In this document: in pieces, positions 25,922 through 39,490 of the stretch | Layout: each line of letters opens with the position of its first letter | Position numbering within the stretch: position 1 is the first letter of the stretch | NCBI RefSeq assembly: GCF_018350175.1 | Contig: NC_058368.1 | Location: forward strand, 132,372,001-132,436,000 | DNA from: Felis catus | Taxonomy: Eukaryota | DNA: 64,000 bases | Direction of reading: 5' to 3' | Made by a program: the position numbers and the translations under genes | Notes under the pieces: generated by a model | Seen by the model: only the letters and a program-made list of their open reading frames with translations | Database searches by the model: none | What the model was told of the DNA's origin: nothing

Positions 25922-27390
25922 GAGAGCGAGAGGGAGACAGAGAGAGAGAACATGAGCCAGGGAGGAGCAGAGGGAGAGGGAGAGAGAATCTTAAGCAGGC
26001 TCCATGCCCTATGGAGCCTGATGCAGGGCTCAATCTCATGATCATGAGAATGTGACCTGAGCTAATGTCAAGATTGGACACTTACCCAACTGAGCCACCC
26101 AGGCACCCCTGAAATGCATTACTTGAAAGACTCAAACTATCAAAGCACACTGAATAAAATAACTTAACACCCCTTTATCTCTTGAACTATTTAAATTGGT
26201 AATTAAAAATTACCCAAAGTTGGGGGGGGTAGGGCTCAGTGACTCAGGTGGTTAAGAATCCAACTCTTCATTTTAGCTCACGTCATGATCTCATGGTTCA
26301 TGAGTTCGAGCCTCTGCACTGTCAGCACAGAACCTGCTTGGGATTTCTCTCTCTCTCTTTCCCCCACCCCCCCTCAAAATTTATAAATAAACTTTAAAAA
26401 AATTATCCAACAAAGAAAACTCCAGGTCCAGATGTCTTTACTTTGTTTATTATAAAAAACATTTTTGCAGAAGAAATAATACTAAATTTATATGAACTTT
26501 CCCATAATATTGAAAAGTAAGAAATATTTTCTAATTCATTCTGGAGGTCAGCATTACTCTAATCCCAAGCCAGACAGAGACATTATAAGAAAATTCCAGA
26601 AAAATTTCCCTCATAAGAAACAGATGCAAAGAAATAAACAAAATTTTGGCAAATCATATCTAATGATATATTAGAAGGATAATACATCATGGCCAAACTG
26701 AGTTCATCCCAGGAATGCAAGATTGGTGTAACATTCTAAACCAATCAATGCAATTCACTGTATTAATACACTAAAAAAGGAAACACAATATGATTATCTC
26801 AATAAATGCAGAAAAAGCATTTGACAAATCCAACATCCAATCCTGATAAAAACTCTCAACAGACTAGGATTAGAATAGAACTTTGTCAGCCTGATAAAGG
26901 GCATCTTTAAAAATGTAGAGCCAGTACCACACTTAATGGTGAAAGTTGGAATTTTTCCTCACTAAGATCAGGAACAAGATAAGGAAGTCTGCTATCACCA
27001 CCTTTATTCCACATTGTACTAGGAGTTCTGGCCAGTGAAATAAGGCAAGAAAAAGAAATAAAATTTATTCATGATTAAAAGGAAACATAAAACTAACTTT
27101 AATCTCAAAAACATGATTATCTTTGCAGAAAATCTATTGTAATATTTTTAAAAGCTACTAAACCTAATAAATGAACTTAGCAAAATTGTAGGATACAATC
27201 AATTGTATTTTTATGTATGAGTGATGAATGATTATAAAATGAAATTTTTAAAATACCATTTACAATAACAACAAAAGTGAAGAAAGGTGTGAAAATCACA
27301 AAACATTGCTGAGAGAAATTTAAAAAGACCTAAATAAATGAAAAGATATACCCTTTTTGTAGGAAGGAATAATATGCATTATAAAGACAT
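23610..27390 (+). mobile_element. Old degenerate LINE-1 (5'UTR, ORF1 and ORF2 endonuclease/RT remnants) interrupted by three SINEs
   Basis: Recognisable L1 ORF2 DNA (ccaggaatgcaagattgg, gcagaaaaagcatttgacaaa, taagatcaggaacaagataagg) and ORF1-like A-rich DNA; no intact frame. Confidence 0.85.
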
Positions 27391-27752
27391 CAATTCACTA
27401 AGTCTAGCACAAACTAAATAGAAGCAGATTATACAAAATCATGAACAGCAGCTGACAAAAATCATTGGGGGCCATCAAAGAAGTCTGCCTATCAAAGGCA
27501 CCAACATTATTGAAGTATCTCTACATTATTATTTTTGCTGAATACCCTTACAATTCCTCCAAAAGGATTCTACAGCTGGATTACCTGGTATAAGTCTTTT
27601 AATTAATGTATAATCTTGCCAGTCATTTCACTTCTCTGTGCCCCAGTTTCCTCATCTATAAAATAGAGATAATAGAACTTCTCTCATTCAGCTATTGTGA
27701 TATTTAAAAGATAAAGCTTCTACAAGGCACTTAAGAATTTGGTACATAATTC

Positions 27753-28872
27753 AGGGCATCTGGGTGGTTCAGTCAGTTAGGCATGTGACTCTAGATCTTG
27801 GCTCTTGATCATGATCTCACAGTTGGTGAGTTCGACCCCTGTGTCAGGCTCTGCGCTGACAGTGCAGAGTCTGCTTGGGATTCTCCCTCTCTCTGCCTGT
27901 CCTCTGTTTGTACTCTCTCTCTGTCTCTCTCTTTCAAAATAAATAAACAAATGTTAAAAAAAAAAGAATTTGGTACATAATAAACAACTGCATAAATACA
28001 TCCATAAAACCAATATAAATAGTAAACTTACTATTCTTTATTTTTTTTAAGATTTTTTTTTAATGTTTATTTATTTTTAAGAGACAGAACATGAGCAGGG
28101 GAGGAGCAGAGAGAGAGGGAGACACAGAAACCAAAGCAGCCTGCATCCAGGCTCTGAGGTGTCAGCACAGAGCCCAATGCAGGGCTCAAACCCACAAACT
28201 GTGAGATCATGACCTGAGCCAAAATTGGACGCTTAACTGACTGAGCCACCGAGGTGCCCCAACTTACTATTCTTTAGAGTTAGGTGTTTATTATAATATA
28301 CCCCTTCTTTAACTTAACTAATGATTCCTATTGCAAATCAACCTCAGTTTTAGTCAAGGTTTGTACAAAGATAGTTCATTAAATTGCATGTATTTAGTCA
28401 ATCTTAGGCAGCGAGAGAAAAGTATCTTCTCTTATCCATTTTTTACTAAGAAGCAAACATAGATAATGCCTGGGATGACCATAATCTTGATTTACCTGAT
28501 CCTAGTTTGTGCCTACTGTCTAGGCATACCTGCTAATGGTACTTTCTTTCACTCTTAAGTGTCCTAGATTGCACAGGAATTTAAAGTTGCACAAGTCTAT
28601 CATAATTCTTGATTGGAATGGAAACTGCATCTAGATAAATACACTTGAGTAAGGAATCAACAAACCAGGAATGAAATGAACAGAAACTGAAAAAAGAAGA
28701 AGGGTATAGGCAGTATGGATAACTAAAAATGAAAGAACCAAAGTTGTTAGAGAATAATATATGTTTCAAAATGTCCAAATAACAAAACCAATTCATCCAC
28801 AAATTGAATTCAAGATTCCTTTGCTGCCTATAAATTCAGAAATTCTTTTCTTTTAATGTTTATTTATTTTAT

Positions 28873-28907
<35 letters not shown>

Positions 28908-29035
28908 ATCCTAAGCAGGCTCTGTGCTGTCAGTGCAGAACCCAACATGGGGCTTGAACCCATGAACCATGAGATCATGACCTGAGTCGACATCAAGAGT
29001 CAGAGGCTCAACCAACTGAGCCACCCAAGTGGCCC
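27753..29035. mobile_element. Three CAN-SINEs (+27753-27965, -28040-28260, -28846-29035), the nearest SINEs downstream of exon 7
   Basis: SINE consensus; TSDs aagaatttggtacataat and aacttactattcttta. Confidence 0.9.
28473..28590. mobile_element. Small hAT relic (MER94-like)
   Basis: gggatgaccataatcttgatttacctg...ctttcactcttaagtgtcctagatt resembles the recalled MER94 consensus. Confidence 0.4.
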
Positions 29036-29611
29036 TAAACTCACAAATTCTTAAAAACTTAGTGATAGTCCATGAAAAATTCATCAGGCATTTCCTTAAG
29101 GCTTAAAAAAAATCCATAGATGAATAGCAAATAAGTGTTAATACACCAAATTTAATTTCCTTTTCCTCTGTTTTAATATATAATCTTAAAGCCAATATGT
29201 AATTCTGATAGATACATTCTATAGAAATTGAGGAAACTTGTTTAAATCCACACACTGTAGACCAAGTTTTAGCAAGAAACTATTTTTTAGAGCTATTTTC
29301 AATCTCTTATCTGAAAACATTAGTTGACTTTGGAAATTTTAATCCCTTTAATATCCAGCAGCAACTAAACAAATAGTCATGATCCCTTAAGAGGATAAAT
29401 ATATTCATTTTAATTAAAGACTGAATTATGTGACTTGGTGTGCACTTTTGCATTTGTATTATGAGATGTATTTATGTGTCCTATGCATTTCAAGAATGAA
29501 AAACTGAAAAGGAAGTATAATTTTAAAGAATAGCCTATTAATAGAGGCATTCTTAAAAGATCTGCATCTTGATCTTAAATTTTCAAGAATTTAATCAAAG
29601 AATAAAGTCCT

Positions 29612-29940
29612 GGAATGGGCCACAACATAGATGAACGTTGAAAACACTATGCAAAGTAAAAGCCAGTCACAAAAGACTACATATTGTATAATTCCATTCA
29701 TACAAAAAGTCCTGAATAGGCAAAGCTATAGAGACTAAAATTAGATTAGTGGTTGCCTCAGCCTGGGGCTAGGATGGGGAGGATAAGGGAATGGGGAATA
29801 ACTTCTTACAGGAATGAAGGAAATATACTAAAATTAATTATGGTGATGGTTGTACAATCCTCCACATATACTAAAAGCCACTGAGTTGTATATTTAAGTG
29901 GGCAAACTTATGGTCTATTAATTATATCTCAATAAATCCA
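29612..29940 (+). mobile_element. L1MB-like 3' end
   Basis: acaacatagatgaacgttgaaaacactatgc...ggtgatggttgtacaa...atctcaataaa. Confidence 0.8.
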
Positions 29941-30639
29941 TTACCAAAAATAATTTAGGTTATAATTCCTATCTGAAACATATATTGTTATATACTAATA
30001 TCTTAAAGATGGAAAACATGATTCTAATATTTGATAGAAAAAATTCAGGAAATTTATCCATTTGTCTGTTTGTGTTAATTGCTCAACATTGATGCAAATA
30101 CTACACTTTATGTCACTACATTCCTACTGATTTTCAGAGTATAAATAGATTTCTTAAATGCTTTTCCCACAAAATAAATTTAGAAATTGTCTTGACTTTA
30201 AATTTGGTGGAAATTTTCTAGCTTCATTTAAAAATATAAATATTTTTTAAATAACCTGTCAAATTGTAGATATGTATTCCTTAGTAGCCATTAATTTACA
30301 GTATCTCAATACAAAGTTTAATAAGAATAATGTGAAGGTTTTGTAACATGCATAACTTTTTAAGTGTATACATACAGTCCTATTTTATCTTCTTAAATTC
30401 TATTTGTAGAGTTTCAAGTAAAAAATACTAATCATTTCTTGACCAAGTTATATACGTTTCGTATTCAATTATTTTTAAAAAGTTACCAAATCCCCCCACA
30501 TATTAGACACCAGTGCTACCAACACTGATATGGGTATTTGCAAGCTGGACCCAGCTCCAAGAGAAATCCTCCATTGTGATATACATACCTCATGAAAGAA
30601 AAAGAGATCAGGTGGTCCCTAGTAGCCTTTACTGCTGCT

Positions 30640-31478
30640 GCAGACAAATGCAGCCTCGGCCACTGAGTACCTCTGCAATCTTCACCAAGGCTAACCTCAG
30701 CTGACAAAGCTGTATAGAGACTACATTGCTGGAATTTCTCTAGAGCTAGAAACGCCATACTCAACTCAGCCAGCACCCTTATGCCCACCCACAGATAAAT
30801 CTTTCTCTACTAAAACCATTCCACAAAATTTGGAAGGAGTGACTCTTCCATCAAATGCACAGACATCAACACAAAGCTACAGAGACATGGAAAATCAAGG
30901 AAATATGACACCACCAAATGAATACAATTATTTTCCAGTAAGTGACTACAAAGGAATGGAAATCTACAAATTGACAATTCAAAATAATTATTCTTAAAAA
31001 GTTCAGCAACCTAAAAAAGAATATATATCAATGATATCAGAAAAGAATATATGAATAAAATAATAGGTTCAAAAGAAAGGTCAAAATATAGAAAAGAACC
31101 AAATTCTGAAGCTGAAGAATGAAATGAATGAAATTTAAAAATGCAACAGAGAGCAACAATAGAAGATGTGATCAAGCAGAAGAAAGAAACTGTGAACTTG
31201 CAAACAAGTCATTTAATATTACCCGCTAAAAGAAAAGCCAAAAAGCAGTGAAGAAAGCCTACCTAAATGATGGGACATCATGATGTGAAATAATATTAGC
31301 AATATGGGAGTACAAGAAGAAAAGACAGAGAAAGGGGCAAAAACTTATTTAAGGAAATAATGGCTGAGAACTTTCCATATCTGGGGAGATATATGAACAT
31401 CCAGGTCCAAAAAGTCATATTGTACACCTTAAATATGTACAATGTTGTCTGTCAATTATACTTCAAATATTAAAAAAA
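30640..31478 (+). mobile_element. L1 5'UTR/ORF1 fragment joined directly to an L1 3' terminus
   Basis: ORF1-like aatcaaggaaatatgacaccacc...gaaataatggctgagaactttcc, then attgtacaccttaaatatgtacaatgttgtctgtcaattatac plus an A run. The 5' boundary is uncertain. Confidence 0.75.
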
Positions 31479-33897
31479 GAGTAGATAAAGCTAGCTAGTA
31501 TATAACAAATGTTCATTATATAGATATGAACATGTATAAAAATAAACAAGTACATATAAAATTAAAATGTATGTGCATATATAGTTTTTAATATACTCTT
31601 TGGTGTTAATACAGTATTTTTGATACCAGATAAAACAACAGAATTTTAAATTTTTTATTTTACTTATTGATTTCTGTCTAGTCATGGTGGTCTTATAGCT
31701 TTGTAGAATACAGTTTGCTTTAAATTTATGTCAAATAAAAAAAGAAAATATTATTTGCAAACAGGAGATAGTATTTTTGGGTTTTTATATTTTTTTCAAA
31801 AGTAACTATTATTACCTAAGTAACTATAGTTCCAAATGGTTTTCTGCTTAAAACATTTAAATCCCTAAGATAAAATTTGTCCTAGTGGAGATAAACCTAT
31901 CTATCAATTTTTCTCTGGAATTCTCAGTAAACACATTATACATCTCCCTAGTGAGCTGACATTTCAAGCAAACATAAATCAAGATCTTACCTATAAATAG
32001 TGAAGTCACAACCCTGAACATGTTAATAAGTGAGTTACATGAAACAATGAAAAATGTTAATATAAACCATCTATAAAAATTCTTATAATAATTTTCACTA
32101 AGAGTAACAGTATGATTTAAAGATATATTGAATTTCACAAACCAAAAATATATAAGGAAGAATAAAGGATGGTAAAACATCCAATAAAAAACTCTAAATA
32201 TTAGAGATTATATTCATCACACTTAGATGTCACTGCATGGCCCTAATAATTCAAAGATAATTAGACTTTTAGGTAAGTAGACTTTTAAATAAGCTAAAAG
32301 TTACTTTGGGACTTTATAACAATTTCAAAAGGCATTTTATGCTGCTTCAAAGAGACACTTTTCTAAGCTCCACTACATAACCAATCTAAAATGATATGAG
32401 ATATGAACTCTTCAAAGTCCTGTTCTATTAAATTCTGAGATCACTTCTAGGGCTAGTGTGACCATTAGGAGACAAGTTTAAAACAAAAGTTTCATGTTCA
32501 AACCTCAGGCACCAAAAAGGCACTCAAAGTGGCTTATAGAAACAAGGAAGAGCTCTGCAGAGGATCAGAAAAATATGTGGGTCAATTCAGAGGAACAAGT
32601 CAGACAGCTGAATGCAGTAGCCAGTGCAAAGAAAGGATGGCTAACTGCCCAGACATATTTCACTACTCAAATACTTATAAATGTGCACTCCTTGTATAGC
32701 TACTGTCATCTGATGCAAAAGTTAAAAACTGAATGCTCATACAATAACAAAAATGTAAAGCACCAGGAGCCCACTAGGCATTGCCTTTTAGGGAGAGGTA
32801 GGCTTTATAAATATAAACACAGAAGCCAATGTAAATATCTGTAATCATTTTGTTAACCATATATAACAGACATTTTCCTGTAGTAATTTCATTGACACTA
32901 ATCATATCCATATATATTTTTACACAAAGGTTTCTATATTTGCACAATACTTAGTATATTTTTAACTCCTCAAATATATTTGGGAATCATTCCAGACCAC
33001 AAGACTCCGAGGAATTGCAGAATTTATCAGACTGACATGTCAACACATATGAATATAGAACCCATACAATGTTGTTTTTATTCAGCAAGCATGTCATAAA
33101 CAAAATTTTCTGGCTTATGATGCCAGGTAGATGAAGTCAATTAAAGTCATTGTAATTGTTAAAAAAATAAACTCTGAAACTTTAAGTCTACAACGTAGTT
33201 AACAGGTATATTTTTTAAAAAGCTAAATTCACATTATCTTCTGAGATCTCAAGATTCTGATGCCATATAACTTTATACTCCCTCCATAGAATTTAATGTA
33301 GAGTCAATGGGCACAGTACAGATGAAATACATGTTAAATACTATCTTGTGAATTAAAAGAAATGATCAAGATAACAAAGGCAATTCCATTTCACCAAGAT
33401 AGAATAATGCTTCCATTTTGTTTATTGCTTTTTTTTTTTTTTTAATTGATAGCAGGTCAAAAGACATGCTCATCTTAAAATGATTTAAGCATGCTTCTCA
33501 CCAGTCATAATTAGGGTATAAACAAACTAAGAAAGCTATAATCAAAGTATAGTATAATCACCGTATAATCAAAGAAGATAGGATCACCAGGGGTTGAGCC
33601 CTGAACTTTATATTGCTAAATGAGTGATCTTGAGCTATTTAAGTATTTTGAACTAGTTTCCTCATTATTCACATGGGAAAAATAATCATGATATCTACTT
33701 CACAGAGTTCTTATTGGAGAGTAAGGAATAAAAAGATCTGAACACAGTTTTCTAAACTTGGAAAGAAATATAAAAATTCATTGGGTTATCATCAAATAAC
33801 AATTTTGCTGAGAAACAAGCTATTCGACATATAATGTAATATATCTGCTTCTTTTATACCATAATTAAAATATTTTTAATTAAATAAATATTCATCC

Positions 33898-33985
33898 AGG
33901 GCATTGAGGAGGGCAACTGTTGGGATGAGCACTAGGTGTTGTATGGAAACCAATCTGACAATAAATTATATTTAATATAAAAAAT
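33898..33985 (+). mobile_element. Very short carnivore L1 3'-terminal fragment
   Basis: gggcattgaggagggcaactgttgggatgagcactaggtgttgtatggaaaccaatctgacaataaa is the typical felid/carnivore L1 3' tip. Confidence 0.75.
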
Positions 33986-34427
33986 TTATCTGAGTAAATT
34001 ATACAACTATTGATGTCCTCGCTTTTAATAATTTAGAGGTAAGAATAATTAATATATTTTATAACATTATATTTTATAATATATTTTCTAAAAAGAGTGA
34101 TGACTCATTTTTGATTTTAAAATTTAATCTTCTCATACTGTTTAACCTTTGTTTTACTATGCATTTCAATTAATAAAACATATATGAGCTTCCAGTTAAG
34201 CTTTATGAATAGATATCAGTAGAAGGAAAGATGTTTATTAAATTTCTAAGTGAACTCTAAATCTGTTCTTTTTTCTTATCTGATTCATTTGATGCAAACA
34301 CAATAATAGGGTAATATATTGTCTCATTGGTGAATAACAAATTAACATTATGCTTTCAACATACTTATTACCTGAATGAGGCTTTAGATAGAACCAAATA
34401 TAGTTAAAATATTAAACACAACAATCA

Positions 34428-34640
<213 letters not shown>

Positions 34641-35088
34641 TTACTAAGGTCAGTTGTTAAAACTTCTGAAGACTAAAGTGGGACTATAATTAGAAGCAGT
34701 GGTTTCTAGGAATAATCTCTTGCCAATTTTTATTTCTGTAATATCTGACCTAGAGTTTAGTGTACTATTGAACATTCTTTCTAGTGTCAGCTTTAATGAT
34801 AATGTGAATATATGTGATCGTCAGAAACCAAAACCACTATTATAAGATCTGCCATGCCAATACTCATCTTTCTACTGAAACACATAGCTAATATACATAT
34901 ATATAGTTCTAACATGACATAAGAGGTATATTCTTATAAACTATTTAAAATTTGCTTAAAATATTAAATGCTTAGGAGTGAAAATCATATTCAACTAGAA
35001 CTTCCTAGAACTTCCAATAATAAGATATTTTATTTTGTAATACATAATTCTATAGCTTGTCTGTTAAGAGTTTTAGATTTCTAAACTA

Positions 35089-35253
<165 letters not shown>

Positions 35254-35691
35254 TTAAAGAATGGTCAAATAATTGTTCATAAATTTAACCACTGTGTATA
35301 TAAAAAGGTATTATTTGATCTCATATCACTTAGAATTCTACCCCCAAGATGCCTCCATAAAAGATTTCTTATACAAATCTACCTCAAGAAACATTTTCTC
35401 CTAAAACTGAACTACAAATAGTAATTAAGAGGGTGAGCTGATGTTCCAAGTCAAATAAAACCTCTTAAACAAGATTTAGTACGACCCATTCAAACTGTCA
35501 TATTATCTGAAAATGAACAATAAAGTCACCTTTACATTTATTTCCTATGGAATTGAAACATTAATATATCATTTTGTTCTCATTTCAGACAAGTAAATTT
35601 TTAAAATCATCAATTCACATTAAAAATCCATGACCTTAGTCAAAACCACACATTATTAAGTTAAAATATTATATAGAGGCATCAAACTTAC

Positions 35692-35903
35692 AATATTCAT
35701 CACACTCAAAATGTAATGTTCAATGTCTTTGCGGCCATGGTAGCCCACCATCATTTTGTCTGCCACTACCAATGTCTCCACAAACCGCTCAATGCTTACT
35801 GATCTCTTCTGTCTGTGGCGGATATGCGTGCCATTAATTGGTAGTGAAGAAGGAAAAGTAGATGTGTCATTCAGCCACCAGGGTTTGCCACTTCTTATGA
35901 GGT
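35692..35903 (-). CDS. ADAMTS6: ADAMTS6 exon 5 (212 nt): end of prodomain, furin site RHRQKR|SV and start of the metalloprotease domain ([14 protein letters not shown]...)
   Basis: Within ORF 35656..35937. Acceptor ttttattgtag|ACC, donor ATT|GTAAGT at 35691. VETLVVAD is the ADAMTS catalytic-domain N-terminal motif. Confidence 0.97.
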
Positions 35904-36249
35904 CTACAATAAAAATAATTAATTCAGATAGGTTCACTAATTAAACTTACTTATTTTTAGATCTTTCATATAGACATGTTTCTCATAAACTATCTAAAGC
36001 AGTAAGACTTTTCATAGTGAGGAGAAGGGATGAGGAAATGCGGCAGTGAGAAAACTAAACCTTTTACAAGTATCAAAACAATCATTTTATCTGAAAAAAT
36101 AAACATTAATAACATATAGCTGCTCATAAAAACAAAACAAAATAAGCCCAATGAATTACATAATACAAATTTTTTTAAATAATCATTTCATATTATTTCA
36201 GTGATTATATCATAATACTTTTAAATATAGAATATGTACTTGATACAGT

Positions 36250-38979
36250 TTTTTTTTTCTAAATTTTATTTTTCAACGTTTATTTATTTTTGGGACAGAG
36301 AGAGACAGAGCATGAACGGGGGAGGGGCAGAGAGAGAGGGAGACACAGAGTCGGAAACCGGCTCCAGGCTCTGAGCCATCAGCCCAGAGCCTGACGCGGG
36401 GCTCGAACTCACGGACCGCGAGATCGTGACCTGGCTGAAGTCGGACGCTTAACCGACTGCGCCACCCAGGCGCCCCCAGTTTTTTTTTTTCTAAAAACAA
36501 CTAGAGCATTAACTTTCTAAACACTCTCAAATACTTTTTCTTTTTTTTTTTCTTTTTGAGAGAAAGAGACGGCACAAGTGAGGGAGGGGCAGAGAGACAG
36601 GGAGACACAGAATCTGAAACAGGCTCCAGGCTCTGAGCTGTCAGCACAGAGCCCAACGTGGGCTCGAACTCACGGACCAGACTGCAAGATCATGACCTGA
36701 GTGGAAGTCGGCCGCTCAAACGACTGAGCCACCCAGGTGCCCCTATGCCTTTAAGTAATCTCTACACCCAATGTGGGGCTTGAACTCACCACCCCAAGAT
36801 CAAGAGTCACATGTTCTACCAACAGAGCCAGTCAGACTTCCCACAAAATCCTATTCCTTCACAGTATTTATTTTAAAGTAGGATGCTTTTATTAAACTTT
36901 CTTTTTTAAATATATTTTTTTAAAACATTTATTCTCTTTTTGAGAGACAGAGACAGAGTGTGAACAGGACAGGAGCAGACAGAGAGGGAGACAAAGAATC
37001 CAAAGCAGGCTCCAGGCTCTGAGCTGTAAGCACAGAGCCCAATGCAGGGCTTGAACTCACCAGCCGTAAGATCATGACCTGAGCCGAAGTCAGACACTTA
37101 ACTGACTGAGCCACCCAGGCACCCCTTTTTTTTTTTTAAATATATATTTTTTTGACGTTTAAACTCTCTTAATTAGAGGAATTCTGCCCTATAAATCTCA
37201 ATACTTTTTTAAGGTTTATATATTTATTTTGAGAGACGGGAAGGGAGCATAATTGAGGGAGGGGCAGCGAGAGAGAAAGAATCATAAGCAGGCTCCATAT
37301 TGTCAGTGCAGAGCCCTACTCAGGGCTTGACCTCATGAACCACGAGATCATGACCTGAGCCGAAATAAAGAGTCAGTTGCTTAAATTAACTGAGCCATAC
37401 AGGCATACCTAGAAATCTCAATTCGAAAAGACTGAATTTTTTTTTAATTTAATTTTGTGGTGTACAAGTATTTATACTGACAGAGAACCCAAAGTTTTCC
37501 TCTTCTAAAACCTAGAGGTAAACGGTGTTAGAATGAGTGTTGAAAGATTATGGTTCCAGCATAACTTGCTTTAAACTACATTTTACTGTGGATTACAGTT
37601 TAATCCTTTATTTTCTAGACATTTGGTCCTTCAGTACACAGGCAACCTTTTAGTACGATGGCATCTGTAAACACTTGACCAATTTATATTCATCTTTATT
37701 TAATAAACTTGAAAAGGTACAGGTCCTCTGCATACTTCACTTTCATATCTGTATGTTGAATAAGAAGTCTTTCTAACCTCTACTTATTGAAAAACTTAGT
37801 GAGGAAAATCAGATTAATTTATATAATACGCTTGACAGAAATTGGCAGTATTCTCTATTATTTTTCTAATTTCTTTAGCCTTTGCCTTTTATAAATTACT
37901 TTGATATGTTTTAAGCAATAAGAGATGGAAATGACTATGAAAAGTATCAGTAAAATATTTTTTTTTCAACGTTTTTATTTATTTTTGGGACAGAGAGAGA
38001 CAGAGCATGAACAGGGGAGGGGCAGAGAGAGAAGGAGACACAGAATCGGAAACAGGCTCCAGGCTCCGAGCCATCAGCCCAGAGCCTGACGCGGGGCTCG
38101 AACTCACGGGCCGCGAGATCGTGACCTGGCTGAAGTCGGACGCTTAACCGACTACGCCACCCAGGCGCCCCAGTAAAATATTTTTGAAACTCATATAAAT
38201 TAAGTATTTTTATTCCTAAAGGTCCAGAGAGGCAGAGACATAGTATTTCTTACTTCAAAAGTATAACTTCCAGGGGGCACCTGGGTGGCTCCGTTGGTTA
38301 AGTGTCTGACTTCGGCTCAGGTCGTGATCTCAAGGTTCATGAGTTCGAGCCCTGCATCGGGCTCTGTGCTAACAGCTCAGAGCCTGAAGCCCGCTTCAGA
38401 TTTTGTGTCTTCCTCTCTCTCTGACCTTCCCCAGCGTGCATTCTGTATCTCTCTCTCTCCAAAAGAAATAAACATTAAAAGTATAACTTCCAGGGGCACC
38501 TGGGTGGCTCAGTCGGTTAAGTTTCTGACTCCTGATTTTGGCTCAGGTCATGATCTCACTCACAGTGAGTTCGAGCCCTGCATTGGGCTCCATGCTGATG
38601 GCACAGAGCCTCTTAGAATTCTCTCTCTCTCCCTCTCTCTCTGACCTTCCCCCAATCACACACATGCTCGCTTTCTCTCTCTCCCCCACCAAATTAATAA
38701 ACATGAAAAAAAGTATAACTTCCAGATAACCAATAAGTATTCCCCTATTCTTTTTTTTTTTAATTTTTTTTTTATTGTTTATTTGCTTTTGACAGAGAGA
38801 GAGAGAGACAGAGCATGAGCAGGGAAGGGGCAGAGAGAGAGGGAGACACAGAATCGGAAGCAGGCTCCAGGCTCTGAGCCGTCAGCACAGAGCCCGACGC
38901 GGGGCTCGAACTCACAGGCAGCGAGATCACGACCTGAGCTAAAGTCGGAGCTCAACCCACTGAGCCACCCAGGCGCCCC
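36250..38979. mobile_element. Dense cluster of nine CAN-SINEs
   Basis: Minus: 36260-36477, 36535-36744, 36750-36840, 36900-37125, 37205-37410, 37958-38170, 38750-38979. Plus: 38274-38476, 38494-38708. Confidence 0.9.
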
Positions 38980-38999
38980 AGTATTCCCCTATTCTAGAA

Positions 39000-39490
39000 A
39001 GACTCAAGGTGGCCACCAAGACTTCTTATTGTTTACACTTTGTGTGATCTCTTCCCCTTTAGTGTGGATGGGACCTGTGACTTGCTTCTAAACAGTATAA
39101 TACAGCAAAGATAATGCGATGTACATGATTATATATCAATGAGTACATAATTATGTTACATAATACTGTAGCATTTTTCTTCCTAGAGTCCTTCCCTTGC
39201 TGGCTTAGAGGAAGCAAGCAATCAAGTTAGAGAACTATACATGGCGAGGAACTACAGACAGCCTCTAGCAGACAACCAGCCCCAAACGAAAGTTTTCAGT
39301 CTTATAGTAGCAAGGAACTGAATGCTGCCAATAAACGTGGGAATTCCTCCCCAGTCAAGACCAGATGAGAACCCGGTCCTGGCTAAGGCTAAGTTGATAA
39401 TTCATTCATGTACAATTTGTGGTCCACAGAAACTGTGAGATAATAAAAACATATTGCTTAAGCCACTGAGTTTATAGTAATATTGTGCTG
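39000..39490 (+). mobile_element. MaLR solo LTR (MLT1-like)
   Basis: gggacctgtgacttgcttcta...aaggaactgaatgctgccaat...ccacagaaactgtgagataataaa; shares sequence with 60266-60833. Confidence 0.8.

Noticed and set aside
32494..32844. 116-aa plus-strand ORF in unique sequence
   Set aside because: No recognisable motif or splice support; the length is compatible with chance in 64 kb.
38257..38725. CRISPR-like repeat-spacer pattern (short direct repeats about 220 bp apart)
   Set aside because: The repeats are target-site duplications and the spacers are SINEs, in a mammalian genome with no cas genes.
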